64,000 bases of DNA from Vicugna vicugna (taxonomy: Eukaryota): contig MU061579.1 in the NCBI GenBank assembly GCA_013265495.1, positions 5,145,146 through 5,209,145 of the forward strand. The letters run 5' to 3'. Under the pieces are notes generated by a model. The model saw nothing but the letters and a program-made list of their open reading frames with translations, did no database searches and was not told where the DNA came from. Shown here one piece after another: positions 12,282 through 26,279 of the stretch. The stretch's first letter is position 1; every line of letters starts with the position of its first letter. Position numbers and translations under genes: made by a program.

Positions 12282-13107
12282 GTGATACTATAAAAAAAAG
12301 AGTAAAGAAAAACAGGCAAAAAGCTGTCATTCCTTTCGCTATTGGTTATAGAATCTACCAGGTTTTAGTCTTATCTTTTCACAATTTCTCTACTACATAC
12401 ACATAAATAGCTCTGTTTATTTTAGTTTACTAATCCATCTTCATCCCTCTTCTGGCCTTCATTATGTAGGTACACCCTTCCTATATAGTCAACCCCTTTC
12501 TCAGTAGCAATCACAATGAAACAAATAAGGGAGAGGTATTAACAAACTAACAATAAAACTTACATGGCCTCCCCAAGAGTCTAACACTATAACAACCCTA
12601 ACTTCCCCTAAAGAAAACCTTCTCTGCATTGTGTGAGAACATTTTGAAATGCTATGAATTTCCTACTCTACAACATAATGGCTTCCAGATGGCTTCCTAT
12701 TAGAAAACACTGGTCATGGAGGATAAATTTGGAATTCCATTCAGAGATTGTAAACATCATTGAATATTAATGTATATTGGTGGCAATTTAATATTTAAAG
12801 TTTATTATTTTACTCATTTTCCATAATGTGTGGTCTTTTGAACTAAACTGCCTCCCCCTAAAGACATTATTTATGCACATCAAAAAGAAATACATGACAT
12901 TCAGAATTACACTATATTTAAAGTATTAATCTGCTATAAAGAGTACAAATAAATTTCAAAAATAATTTTTGATTATCATATTGTAAGAATAAAAAGAAAA
13001 TGTGGCAAAAATACAAGGAGTTTCTATTAGTAATTTTCTTCACCCATCATATGACTCCATGTGACACCTATGACTCCTTGCTGGTGAGTATATTAGAAAA
13101 TAGGTAT

Positions 13108-13591
13108 TGTAGTCAGTACGAGAACTTCCCAAAGACATCAGTGTCTCAATCCCTTGAACCAAAGGGACTTTGTAGATGTGATAAATGTTGAGGACTTTGA
13201 AATGGGAAGAATAGCCTGGATTATCCAGGTGGGTCCAATCTAATTACACAAATTCGAAAAAAGCACAGAACTCTTCCTGACTATAATCAGAGGAGGAAAA
13301 ATGAAATAATTTTTTTAAAAAGAGAGAGAAGATGCAACATTTCTGGCTTTGAAGAAGGAAGAGGGGCCCACCAGTCAATGAATGTGAGAAGCTTCAGAGC
13401 TAGAAAAGGGGAACAAATTAATTCTTTCATGGATCCTCCAGTAAGGAATTAAGCCCTACTGACAGCTTGATTTAACCCAGCGTTTCCATGTTGCACTTCT
13501 GACCTACATAACTGTAGCATGCAAAAATATGTGTTGTTTAGGTCACTACGTTTGTGTCAAATTGTTACATAAACCGTGGCGAACTAATACA
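13108..13591 (+). mobile_element. MLT1 (MLT1D-like) MaLR solo LTR
   Basis: TG...CA ends; aaagggactttgtagatgtgat, cctggattatccaggtgggtccaatctaat, ttctgacctac...gaactaataca. Confidence 0.85.
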
Positions 13592-13714
13592 TAAGAACAC
13601 AAAGCTAAATAAGCCATGCCCCCTCTTCCCATGTATTAAGTAGTGTAACAGAGGTATGTATTATTCCAGTATTAAAAATGAAAATGAGGAGGAGGAGGAG
13701 GAGAAGAAAAGGGA

Positions 13715-13935
13715 TAATCAGCAGCATTGCATTTACTGAGTGGTTACTATGCAACGAGGAATTTTTCTGAGTGTTTCATATAAATAAACCTAAAAGCAAC
13801 AATTACAGGTAGTTTTCTAATACCATCTCTTTTCTACAGACAAGAAAACCGAGGCACAAAGACACTGTGTAACTTGCCAAAGATCACATACACAGGGTCT
13901 TGTAGAATTGGAATTCAAAATCAGACACCTAACTT
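13715..13935 (-). mobile_element. MIR SINE
   Basis: catttactgagtggttactatg...acagacaagaaaaccgaggcacaaag...gtaacttgccaaagatcaca. Confidence 0.85.
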
Positions 13936-14299
13936 GTGATGGGTTGAAATGAGTCTTAAAGTAAAAGTAAAAATTTGGCAAGTAGAGAAAAGGTAAACTA
14001 GAATTCATTCAGAGTCTGTGAAATCTTTTGAACAATTCCATTTCTTGGTGATTTAAAAAAATTCTCTTTAATAAAATCAAACAAATTAGAGTGGAACCTG
14101 GCTCAAAGATGCTCCAACTATCCTGTCTGGTAGGATAGGGAGAAGTGAACTACATAGATACAGGTACTATCTAACCCTATTAGAGTAGACTTTAGCAAAG
14201 GAAAGGAGCCAATGCATAATTAAATTTGTATATGTTTTTAACATTACTAATTATTTAGATTTTACAAATTGGCTTTTAAATTGTGAAATGATACAGAAG

Positions 14300-15250
14300 G
14301 GTTAAGGAAGTTATCTTTTCCTGGGTTGGAAGATTAGCAAATGGTTTGATGTTCATGACACTGAAAGTGAAAACACGGAATCAAGATCAGAGGTGCTAAA
14401 GAGTCTGCATGCACTAAATGTGAGATACCTGTGATGTAGATAAGCAAGATATGTGAAGAAGGTAGATGGATATATATCTCTATCCATCTCAAATAAAGGT
14501 CACTATCAGGGAGTCATTACAAATACATGGCATTCAAAGTTGTCAAAATCCTGCAGAGAGAGAAGGAAAGGAGAAAGAGTCAGAGTCCTGAAGAACAACA
14601 CCAATTAGAGAGTGGGAGAGCAGAAGTCTACAGGAGTTTGGACTGTGGTTGGAAAATCTCTGAAGAGTGAGACAGCAAGACATGAAAGAGAAGAGTCATT
14701 TCTTCAGAAAGCGGTTAGTTCAGTTCAGGGCTGCTCTAATGTCTAAATTTAAGTCAGTAGAACAGCCAAACAGGTGATTAGTTGCCTTGGAATCACTCCA
14801 CACTTGATGGAGTGCCGGACTTATCAGCAGGAGGACATGGGAGTTGCAACATGAATGGGCAGCACAGGAAATGGACACAGCATGTACTGGTCCATCTTTT
14901 AGGAAGTTCAGAAATGAAGGGAATGGATGAAGTGGAGCAGTTGCCTTAGAGGGATGTGGGCATCAAAAGAGGTTTCTAAGCTACTGGCAAAATCACTGAA
15001 GACATGAGACGCTTACAGCACCAAGGAGAGAATATCTGAAAAAGAGAAACCTTTGAGAGGGTAAAGCAAGGAAAGCATCTGCGGACAGGCTGGCTTTTGG
15101 CAGGAGAGAAACCTTTCGTCCCTTTTGGCAGTTGGAAAGGAGGCATCAGTAACACAGACACAGGAAGGGTAGATTTTAGATGGGGAGAGGAAGGATTTCC
15201 TGTGTCAATCCCTAAGGAGTAGAAAGCAGGAGAAAAATTGAGAGGTGAAC
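14300..15250 (-). mobile_element. Decayed L2 body
   Basis: Purine-rich antisense L2-like motifs (tgagatacctg...agagtcctgaagaacaacacca...gaaatgaagggaa...gcagttgccttagagggatgtggg). Confidence 0.55.
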
Positions 15251-17160
15251 AGACTGCTGTGGACATGTGATGCAGTTCAGCCTACAGGGAAAGAATGGAG
15301 CTTGGTGGCTGCAGTGATTGGGACAACCCATGAGAGAGGACTGTCCAACCATGGTGTGAGGGAGTTCACAGAGCTTCTGTCCTTCTTAAAATTATGGCTT
15401 CTGCACAGTCATGCTGTTGGACTGCCACTTTTAGAAACTTGTTCTGTAGTGTTTAAAATATCCTCTTTTAAGTGACAACTATCTTGGAGGATTCAACTAA
15501 AATGGCATTCAGTTATTCCAAAATGCTACTTACTGAGCACAGATTAGGATGAATATACACCATTATTTTCACAATGAGCTGAGATGATCAAATTGAATGA
15601 GAACAATGTGGTAGTGACTTGCAGAAAGAGGTAGTATATACAAGAAGAAATGCCTCAGTGGGTTGTTTTTGTAATCCTAAAATTACCTTTAAGAAGGGGA
15701 AACAGCAAAAGAGAACTATTTCCCATTCTGCTGAAGTGAAAACCAGGAAGACAGTAACTAGATGAATCCACAGTTTATGATGGTATGTGATAATGGTGGA
15801 ATCCAGCTTTCTATGATATTAGCAAGCACTGAAGATTTGGACTCAGTATTGCTTGGAAATGAATAAATTTTTTTAGTATTTCTATATATTACATATCTTA
15901 TCAAACCACATTCTTTAAAATTATAACTCACACTAGAAAATGCTAAATGACACTCTTAATAATCACAGTTATTCTTCAGAGTATATCACACTATATTACC
16001 TTTCTGACAATTTGGGGCAAATGAATGTAAAACCCCATCTGAACTTGTTTCTACCTAACAAACTTTAAAATCTCTTGCTATCACCAGGTGCATAGTTCCA
16101 GTCTAGAGTCAACTGACTCACCAATTGCAAAGTCATGCCATTGTTTTCATTATTCTCATAACTACACTTGGAATTCAAAAGATGGCTGACAAGTTAGAAT
16201 CAATGAACTAAATTCTTTTCTCAAAAGGAACTTTCATTTTTTTCTTCATAACAAAAGAAAGTTATGCCCATGGTTTTAGAATCATCTTCTTGACGCTATC
16301 CTCAGATTCATGTAAACCCTGGAAGCTCATTTTACCATTATTTTTTTTCACATGAAGAGAATCTTTAATATTTAAAATGTTTCCTCCATTTTAGATTTAA
16401 TTGAATAAGACCTTTAAAAGCGTTTGAGGAAAGAAAGTCTACTTCCTTTGCTATTTTCAAGTTTTACTACCTAGGAAGTTAGGACAAGTGAGAAATGGGG
16501 GCAATTCAAGTCTGTTGCAATTATTCAAATGCAGGTTATTCAAAATGGCTTAGAGATATGTTTGTTCTCTTTTTAATAAATAAGATACTGACTTATTGGA
16601 AGTAAAACTGGGTTAATTTTTTGAAGTGTCTTGATTCAACTTAATTAACTGACTGACTTAAAATTATGGCTCTAGGAAAAACTGTAAAAAGTTAAAGAGT
16701 AGAAAATGTTCTGATTTCAAGAGAAAGTGACATGGAGCAAAACAATTAAATACTGCAATGCTCTTCTCACTAAGTATAAAGAAAATAATTTTGGTGGTGG
16801 TAATAAAGCATGTAATAATATATTAAAACCTAATTAAAACCTATTGTTTTAAGCATGATTTACTCACTGTCCAATAAAATTCAAAATGAAAAAGTCCCCT
16901 TTACATTTTGTGGCAAAATATTCCACACCACCCACCCCACTACCATTTCTTTCAGGATGACACTAGGGAATTTGAATACTCTGGCTTTATTTTACTTATT
17001 ACTGTATTATTGTTTCATATAAAAATATTGCATATTGTAGCAGCTGTCTTAAGAAAACAGCTCTTTCTGTCAGCTGTCTTTGAGAACAAGAAGAAAAAAA
17101 TATTTTTGGAAGAGGTCGCAGGTTGTGTGTAGGGATGTATGCAAATAATACGGAACTGAG

Positions 17161-17522
17161 TGCTGTGGGCTGAATTGTGTCTTCCCCCCAAATTCATGTG
17201 TTGAAGCCCTTATCGTCCATGAGATGGTATTGGAAATAGAGTATTGGGAGATCATTAGGTTTAGATGAGGTTATGAGGGTGGGGCCCTCAGGATGGGATT
17301 GTTACCTATATAAGAAAAGACACCAGAGAGCTTGCTCTCTCTTTCTGCTATGTGAAGGCACAGCAAGAAGACAACCATCTGTAAGCCATAGAATTCTCAC
17401 CAGATCCTGAACATGCTAGCCCCCTGACCTTGGACTTCTAGCCTCCAGAACTGTGAGAAAATAAATTTCTATTGTTCATGCTACACAGTTTGTGAAATTT
17501 TGTCATGGTAGCCCAAGCTACG
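17161..17522 (+). mobile_element. MLT1A/B-like MaLR solo LTR
   Basis: tgctgtgggctgaattgtgtc...aaattcatgtgttgaagcc...ttggacttctagcctccagaactgtgagaaaataaatttc. Confidence 0.9.
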
Positions 17523-19654
17523 AGACTGAGCATGTTTCCTTACTGCTTCTTAGGAGTTTCTAGGGTGGGGTGTGACAAGATCTCAAAAAGAAAAGACTGG
17601 ATTCAAAACTCAAGAGCTCCAACTATTGAAGGTACTTATTTTCAGTCATTTCATAAAAGCAACGGAACTACTGGATCAAAAGGCACCCCATTAAATAAGC
17701 AATGGGCATCTCAGTAGTAACTGACAAGGACAAATATCTAATCACTGGAGAAGCCTTTTGCAATGGAAATCTGAGGTGACAGACTTAGACTTGGTAATGA
17801 CTATTATCTAATTTCTTACTAATCCAGAGTGTGAGTTCAGAATCATACATTAATTGACATATAAACAAAAGAAATTTAACTCTTTTGGTACTCTTGAATT
17901 TATGAATTATAAATTGAGATTCATATCTTTCTAAAATGTATTAGATTGGTTAAAATATATTTTTATTAAAGAAATGTTATTCATTGGGTTTATCCTTCTA
18001 TAAACCCATTAAATATGCAGTTGGGATATAGAGAGATTGATAAATACGTAGGTATACTATGGAAAATACTAAATCAAACATGATAGAAATAATAAAATAA
18101 TTAAGTAATTAACAATTTATATTCATGTACATATTTAGCACTTTAGTGTAGTATTTTGATTATATGTAATCATGGCTTAAACCAAGAAATTTAGCTTATT
18201 AAAAACTAGTTTCAAAGAGAGAATCAATTAACCAAACTTCTGTATTTAAATTCGGCCATTAAAATAACAGTAAAAATACATTCTTCAAAAAGCCCTGAGA
18301 TCAATATAGATAAAGTAAAACTTTTCAAAAGTACTAGCTAAGCTATGACTCCATCATAATCAATTGTATTTTAAATATGAACTTGTGGGTTCTCTCTCAT
18401 AGTAACAACGTTCCCAGAATTCTACACAGGAAAACAATAAAACAAACATTTTAACACATGCGAACAAGAAAAGTCAAAATAGTGAATGTAGTATCTCACA
18501 AGCCGTGTATAAATAACCAAACAACAGCACATTTCAACCACATTCAGGGAAGGCAAACACACCATAGTCTTAAATAATAAATAACTAAATAGGACTTTCA
18601 GGGCTTAAGTTATAATATTTCATCCTAATCAACTGTGTATTCAGCTACACAACTCAGTAACATTGACAAATCTAATTTTCTAAATAGTTGGAGGTGTTTT
18701 TTTGGCATCAGTGATAGGAAGGTTTGCCAGTGGGTGTCTAACTCCAGCAAGTCTCATGTTACAGTAACAATACAACAGACACAATGAAATGTATTCTGGC
18801 CAAACAATTCCTTTTTATATCCTTAACAGTGTTCCTAGGTAGGGTAAATATCATTCTAGATCTTTTATTGATTTTCCAGCCCACATATTAAAATGTAGAC
18901 GTCAATCTCAAGTCACGTTTTGAAGTAATTAGACGTGAGCAGAATTACATGAGGTAGGTGATTGAATAATAGTATTAGGAAAGTATTGGTTAGTTTTAAA
19001 AGATATAATGAATACCTTGAGTAGAAACTTCATTTTAAATCTGGAATCATTAAAAAGTTGCTCAAGGCCACTGTCTAGCTTCACTGTTTGAAACAAAGGC
19101 TGGCACTCATTAAACTGTCTCCACAAAAAGCTACAAAAATAATTCTTTAAAATATGATAGTGGTAAAAAAGTTAATATGGGAACCTAGAGTGTCAAAAGT
19201 TTGTTACAGAAATGGCTAAACTCTCAGGATTTTTATAACAAATTACTTCCTTTTGGTAATATCATGAACCATAGACTACTGACATTAGTCCAATCATATT
19301 ACAATCTGAGAAGAAATGATACATTTATATTGGCTAGTTGGTCAAATAACAAACTTATCCATTAAAAATACAGTGTTTATCTTCAGGGATTTTGAAATAA
19401 GAATTCAAAAAAGATTGAAAACACCCCTGCTATAATTTACATACAAGATTCAGTAATTTAAGAAAGAAGACATTACCTACAGTTTCAAATTTTGGTAACA
19501 CAGAGAAAGTATTTTTCTTTTCTATTCATTAAATCAAGGGAAAACATAGCAATATTTATCAAAAGAGAAGAAACAAAGATGTACTTTACATAACAGAATA
19601 GTAGGTGATAGGTGAGTTACAGGTAAAGAAAGAATGGGGCTTGATCAGCACAGC

Positions 19655-19950
19655 AGCGTAAAATTCAACAAAGATTTATCAAGTGTATACTACTTCTATT
19701 CTAGATGAGAAGGATGCTTCAGTAAACAAAACTGGCAGTGAGATAGAAAAATAAATATAAAATATTTTAGTAGGAGATAAGCATTATGAAGGAAGATAAT
19801 GCAGCTAAGAGAGGCACCACTTTTCAATAGACTGCTACGAAATGTCTTTCAGATAAGGCAGTGGAGCAATATGAAGGAGATAAGGAGGTGAATCAAGCTG
19901 ATAACCATGCTAATACCTGGGAAAGAATATTATAGGGGACAGCAACTGAA
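19655..19950 (-). mobile_element. L2 3' fragment
   Basis: attcaacaaagatttatcaagtg...cagtaaacaaaac...gataagcattatgaaggaa...ctgggaaagaatattatagggga. Confidence 0.65.
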
Positions 19951-20154
19951 AAGTTTCTTTGTTTTTTTTTCTATAGAGATTGTCATCTGATTTATGTATA
20001 AATATATATAAGTATGTGAACAAATATGTATCTTCTTTAAGAAGTGACTGATACATATACTTTTACAGAATGAGGCATTCTTAAAAATGAGCAATTTTAC
20101 GTAGGAATTTGGTAATATTATTCAGCAGAATCTAAGACTATTCTGCGATATACG

Positions 20155-20240
20155 CATGTATTGACTCATTACACTGTATACCCAAAACTAATATATTATA
20201 TGTTATATGTCAACTATACCTCAATTAAAAAAAAAAACTC
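20155..20240 (+). mobile_element. Very short L1 3' terminal insertion
   Basis: gactcattacactgtatacccaaaactaatat...tgtcaactatacctcaattaaaaaaaaaa. Confidence 0.7.
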
Positions 20241-20460
20241 AAAAAGAAAACTGTCTCTAAATAGGCCATAACATAAATGAATCATATATAAATATGACTT
20301 GACAAATATAGTTAGTAATTATATCAGATTACTCAAGATGATGTTTAATGTACCAAGCAATTCACATGAATCCTAATATTTCTTCCATAATAGCATCTAA
20401 CACACAAGAATTCAATTGTCTGTCTATTTTCTGGGATTCAGAATTGATCGATCGATCTGC

Positions 20461-20463
20461 CTG

Positions 20464-20511
<48 letters not shown>
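20461..20511. repeat. (CTAT)n microsatellite
   Basis: About 11-12 tandem ctat units. Confidence 0.95.
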
Positions 20512-20512
<1 letters not shown>

Positions 20513-20974
20513 TCATCATTCTATTTGAAGCTTCTCATTCCATTCTCCACTTCTAGTAAAACTAACAAAAAGCAAGTACTGAATAAACGTTTTAAATGAA
20601 TAGATATATGAATCGATGCATGAATGCATGCAGGAATTAATTAAGGGATGGATTAATTGATGACTTGTGGTGGTCTGAAAATTGTCCCAGAAAAAAATGT
20701 AGTATATGTATCTATTGTATATGTTCTGGAAAGTTCAACCATAATTGAGTGCCCAGAATTATATAAGTAAGCTATATAATCAAATAATATAATCAAATTA
20801 TATAATGATTTACCAACAGAATTATATCTAATAAAAACAAATGTCGCAGAATCCCACAGTTTTTGTAGTTGTACTGATTGACATGTATATAATTTTTCAG
20901 AATTTTGCATTAAGTGAAAAAATGGAAGCTGACACAACTGAATTTAATACATTTTATATCCTCTTTATAGATGT

Positions 20975-23370
20975 CAACAAAAATGGTGAAGTAAGGATCT
21001 CCAAAACTTCTCTCCTCCATAAGAGCAATAAGAAAACTAGCAAGAATTGTCAGAATCATCTTTTTCAGAACTACAGAAGTTAATCAAAGACTTGTAACAA
21101 TCTAGGAGTGCTTAGTCAAGAAAAATGACTGATTCTTTGTAAGAATTGTGAGCTTTATTGTATTTTTAACTTGCTCTAATCCCATTTCCCCATTCTCCAG
21201 CTGCATGTGAGCCCTGAAAACTAATAACCAGCATTCATGGTAAAAATCAGCAGTTTTGTATGAATAGAGGGAACAGACTAGGGCTGGAGTTTCTTCAAAG
21301 TTCATTCCAAAAGAATTGTCATTATTGTATGTATCTGTGGTTTTCTGAAAGATTCCACTAGCAATATTGTCTGTATTGGATCTAATTCAGAAATCACTCT
21401 ATGTGAAAAGCCTTTTCCTCAAAGGCATTTGTCAAAAATAATTACAAGCAATTGTTAAATATCACAGCCTGAGAGACTGTAAATAAGAGTAGGGGCAAAT
21501 AACTAACAACAACAACAAATGTAAAGGAAAATCAGGATAATGAAATGTTCACAGAGGTTTCATGAAACTCTTTACATTCATGGGAATCTAGAAAGACACA
21601 TGCACACTATGGCATCTTGCCTGACCAGGACTTTGCATGAACTTAGGAAAACCTGGGAAGGCCCATATCTCTCTTCTCCAGCTAAGTTTTAGGATAATGC
21701 ACTGAGTAAGAATTCAAATCAAAGGCAGAACTGTCAACTGCAAGCCTGCATACTGAAAAGTATAACCTACATTAATACAGGATTTGTTCACAAAGTTTGG
21801 GAAACTTCTTGGTTCCATGCGATTAAGGAACCCTCTGGGCTATCATTAACTGACCGCTAAATTAAGTGAATAGAGATTGCAATAAACAAACATCACAAAC
21901 AATACTGACTTGACAGATTTATTACAGAAAAGTCACTAAACAGAAAACAGCTACATAAGTAGCAATAACAAAGACAGGGTGATGTCAAGAGTAGCCCCGT
22001 TACATAATTTTAAATGTTCAGTTTTCAACCAAAAATTACAAGACATGCAAAAACACAAGAAAATATGGCCTACATACAAGAAAAAGGTATATCATAGAAA
22101 CAATCTTGAAGAGATGCAGATGTTGAACCTACTAAACACTTTAAATGAATTATTTTAAATATGTACAAAGAAGTAACAATAACAATGTCTACTGAACTAA
22201 CACAAAGTAAAAGAATAATGTCTCATCAAATAGAGGATATCAAGAATGAGATAGAGTTTTTTTAAATAACCAAATAGAAATTCTAGAGCTGAAAAGTCTA
22301 ATAACTACAATGAAAAATCACTAGAGGGGATCAACAGAAGATTTGAGCAAGCAGAAAAAAAATAAACTTGAAGATGGGTCACTTGAGATTATCCCAGCTG
22401 AAAAACAACAACAAAAACATAAAGAATCTATCAACAACAAAAACAAAAAAACAGAGCTAAATAACAAGTTCAGCAATTTTGCAGAACATAAGATCAATAT
22501 ACTGAAATCACTTATATTTCTATATACTAGCAATAAAAAATTGAAATTAAAATTAAGAATATAATTGCAATTACCATAACATCAAAAGTGACAAAATTCT
22601 CACAATAAATTAACCAAATTAAGCAGTTACTATAAGCAGTAGGCCTTAAGACAAAAGTCATAAAAGGAAAATGAAGACCACCTAAATAAAGAGAAGATAT
22701 ACCATGTTTATGACCGGAAAACTTCATATTGTTAAGATGACAAGATACTCCCTAAATTGATCTAAAGATTTAATGCAGTGAGAATAAGAATAAAAATATA
22801 TATCAATGAAACAGAATTGAAAGTCCAGAGATAAACCCTTACATTTATGGCCAACTGACTTGCAACAAAGGTGCCAAACACAATTCAATAGAGAAAGAGC
22901 AGTCTTTTCAACAAATGGTACTGGGGCAACTGGATATCCATGTGCAAAATAATGAATTTATACCTTTATGTCACATTATGTACCAAAATTAACTAAAAAT
23001 GGATTACACTCCTAAATATAAAAACTAAAAATAAAAAAGAAACTTAGAACAAATATAGGAATACATGTCAGAAACTTGGTTTATGGTATATTTTCTTTGC
23101 TATGATACTAAAGCACCAGAAACCCAAGAAAAACTGATAAATTGAAATTCATCAAAATTGAAAACTTCTGTGCTTCAAAGAACACTATTAAGAAAGGAAA
23201 AAAGACAGGTTATAGAATAGGGAAAGTATTTACAAATCATAAATCTGAAAAGGGTCTAGTATCCAGGATATATAAAGAGTATTTACAAGACAACAATAAA
23301 AGGACAAGTAACCCAATTAAAATGGGCAAAAGATTTGAATAGGCAGTTCTCCAAAGAAGACATACATCTG
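20975..23370 (+). mobile_element. Old L1 (L1M4/L1MB-like): 5' region and ORF1 start joined to ORF2 fragments, internally deleted
   Basis: ORF1-like aaaccaaatagaaattctagagctgaaaag; ORF2-like caacaaaggtgccaa...cttttcaacaaatggtactgggg; ORF 23142-23342 (FIKIENFCASKNTIKK...KGLVSRIYKE) resembles L1 ORF2. Confidence 0.85.
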
Positions 23371-23539
23371 TCCAGTTAGCTTATACTATAGAATGATGGC
23401 CAAACTGTAAGGAAGGATTCAGATGCAAACCTGGGAATTTGGGAGTTTCACTAAATATATGCAATGTCATACAGTCCTTTTTTTATACCCCTTTCCTAGA
23501 ATTATCAATCTTCTAGCTTTTTTTTTTTTCAGTAGCTAT

Positions 23540-23670
23540 CCTCCCCCAATAAACAAAATTCCAGGATAACAGGAATCATATCTGTCAGTTTATATTATAT
23601 TCCCTAGGCCCAGCACTGATTATATGGTACAGTACATGTTCAAACACTTGTTAGTTAAATACATGAACTA
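23540..23670 (+). mobile_element. L2 3' terminal fragment
   Basis: aattccaggataacaggaatcatatctg...cccagcactg...gttcaaacacttgttagttaaatacatgaa. Confidence 0.55.
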
Positions 23671-23744
23671 GAACAAGGGTCTGATCATGACTGGGATGAT
23701 TTGGGGAATCGCAATAATCTATATATAATTAAAATCTGATTATA

Positions 23745-25248
23745 GGCAAATGTCAGTTCTTCCCAACTTTTTCTATAGATTCAGTACAATCCCAGTCAAA
23801 CCCACAGCAAGTTATTTTATGAACATTGACAAACTGATTATAATATTTATATAGAGAGGCAAAAGACCCACAATAGTCAAAAACATTGAAAAAAGAAAAA
23901 AAAAAACAAAGTTGGAGGACTGATGTTACCCAATATCAAGACTTAACCGTAAAGCTACAATAATCAAGACCATGTGGTATTGAAGATATAGACAAATAGA
24001 TCAATCAATAAAACAGAGAGTCCAGAAACAGACCCTCATAAATATAGTCAACTGATCTTTGATAAAGAAGCAAATGCAATACAATAGAACAAAGACAGCC
24101 TCTTCAACAAACGATGTTGGAACAACTAGAAATCCACGTGCTAAAACTAAACAAAACAAAAAGTGAATATAGATGCAGACCTTACCTCCTTCACAAGAAT
24201 TAATTTACACTATATCAGACACCTAAATGTCAAAACGCAAAACTGAAACTCCTAGAAGATAAAATAGAAGAAAACCTAGATGACCTAGGCAATGGTGATG
24301 CCTTTTTAGATACAACACCAGAGACACAGTTTGTTAAATAAATAATTGATAAACTGGGCTTCTTTAAAGTTAAAAAAAATTTTCTGCTTTGCAAAGGCAA
24401 TACAAGAGAATTAGAAGACAAAGCATAGTTTAGGAGAAAATATTTGCAAAGACACATTTGATAAAGGTCCGTTATTCACAAAGAACTCTTAAAACTAAAC
24501 AATATGAAAACAAGCAACCTGATTAGGAAATGGGCCAAAGACCTTAACAAAGAAGATGTACAGATGGCAAATAAGTATATGAAAAGATGGTCTATATCAT
24601 ATATCATCAGGGAAATGCAAATTAATGAACAATGAGATACCAATATAAACTTATAAGAAAGGACAGTATCTAGAACACCAATACCACCAAATGGTGGCAA
24701 CGATCTGAAGCAACTGGAATTCTAATTCATTGTAAACTCTGGCACATCCAGACAATGGGATACTATTCAGTGATAAAAAAATCAGCTATCAAAGTAATGA
24801 AAAGTTATGATGAATCAAATGCATATTACTAAATGAAAGCAGCTCATCTGAAAAGGCTACATACTGTACAATTCCAGCTATGTTCTAGAAAAGACAAAAC
24901 TACAGAGACAAAATATCAGTGGTTACCAGGGGTTGGGGATTGGGGAGAAATGAACAGGCAGAGCAGAGAGAATTTTTAGGGCTGTGAAATTACTGTGTAT
25001 GACATAATGATGGATATATGTCTCTATACTACATTTGTCCAAACCCAAAGAATGGACAAGAGTAAATTCTAAGGTGAACTATGGACTTCAAGTGATTATA
25101 TTTTAATGCAGGTTTATCCTTGGTAAAAACTGTACCATTTCAGTGAGTGATGTTGATATAATAGAGAAGGCTATTTAAGGGATACATGAGAAATCGCTAA
25201 CTTCCCTTTCAGTTTTGTTGTAAACCTAAAAAAGCTCAAAAAATACAT
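23745..25248 (+). mobile_element. L1MC1/2-like ORF2 C-terminus + 3' UTR
   Basis: ctatagattcagtacaatcccagtcaaa...aaagctacaataatcaagac...acatttgtccaaaccca...ggtgaactatggacttc...ttttgttgtaaacctaaaa. Confidence 0.85.
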
Positions 25249-25528
25249 TCAAAGGTGTTACATAACATAATAAATTATTGTTTCTAAGGAGTACAACTAA
25301 GGGCAATTTTAGAAAGCTTGGAATTTATTTATTCTCTCATTAACTGTGGAACCTTAAAAAATTATAGAAGCCTAAGGATTCATGTTTTTCACACCAAAGA
25401 GAAAATGAATTCAATTATCTAAAAGGTATATCCAGACGAAATAGTCTCTTTGTTCCATGTCTTTCTTTAGAACAAGTCTCTTTTTTCCTTTTGTTTCTTT
25501 CCTTTCTTTTCTTGTTTTTTTTTTTTTC

Positions 25529-25858
25529 AAGAAAGGCAGATTGCCACAGGTGGCACCTCAGTTGGGTGTGTCTGGAGTTTGGAAGCTTGACTACCCAACA
25601 TTCTCCTACAAATGGACCTTACAGAGCTTGCTTGGGGTTCTAGTAGGGGAGCATAGCTACTCATATACCCTAGACCAAAGAGTGATCCTCCTCCATCAGG
25701 GAACACTGTCCCCTTTGACAGAGTACGCTGCAGCTATGGGAGGAACACACATGTAGTGATGAGGCTGGAGGGACAGCTGCCTAGCCAGCCAGATCAGCCG
25801 AATCAATCCTGAAGATAAATGGAGTGATGGATGTCACAGTCAGATCATCCTCATATTT
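25529..25858 (-). pseudogene. RN7SK: Full-length processed 7SK snRNA pseudogene
   Basis: Reverse complement follows 7SK end to end: 5' atatgaggatgatctgactgtgacatc...ttgattcggctgatctggctggctaggc...aaggtccatttgtaggagaatg...gtagtcaagcttccaaactccagacac...tgtggcaatctgcctttctt 3'; decayed poly(A) at 25481-25527; many substitutions. Confidence 0.95.
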
Positions 25859-26279
25859 AAATTTCGTTTTAAAATAAGTCTCAGAATTCTAAATCCATCA
25901 ATGTAAGTAAGAGAAAGGTAATCTTCATTCCTCTTTTTTCCATTTATTTTTTTTCTATTTTATTAGACAACCTTACCTCTTACGTGAATAAATCCTCACA
26001 TAGTTTGCCTGTGCTAATGAGTGTTCTATACTCTGGACCTATTTTTTTTATCATGTTTTTTCTCATTAAAATCATACTACTTTACCTCCAATTCCCTATA
26101 GTCAATTGAAACTTTAATTATATGATTTCCATCTTAATGCCTAGCGTAACATATATGAACTCTCATGAACTTTTCTCTACATATATCTCTATTTTCATTC
26201 TTCTCATGTTCTGTGGTACAGGAATAGAACTCTTGAAAGTCAGATTTCCTCAAAATTTCCATTAAATATTTGCATTTCC

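Noticed and set aside
17041..17087. Duplicated cagctgtctt E-box-like motif
   Set aside because: It is a short local duplication with no other support for function.
25457..25756. 99-aa plus-strand ORF
   Set aside because: It is antisense read-through of the 7SK pseudogene and its poly(T) tract.
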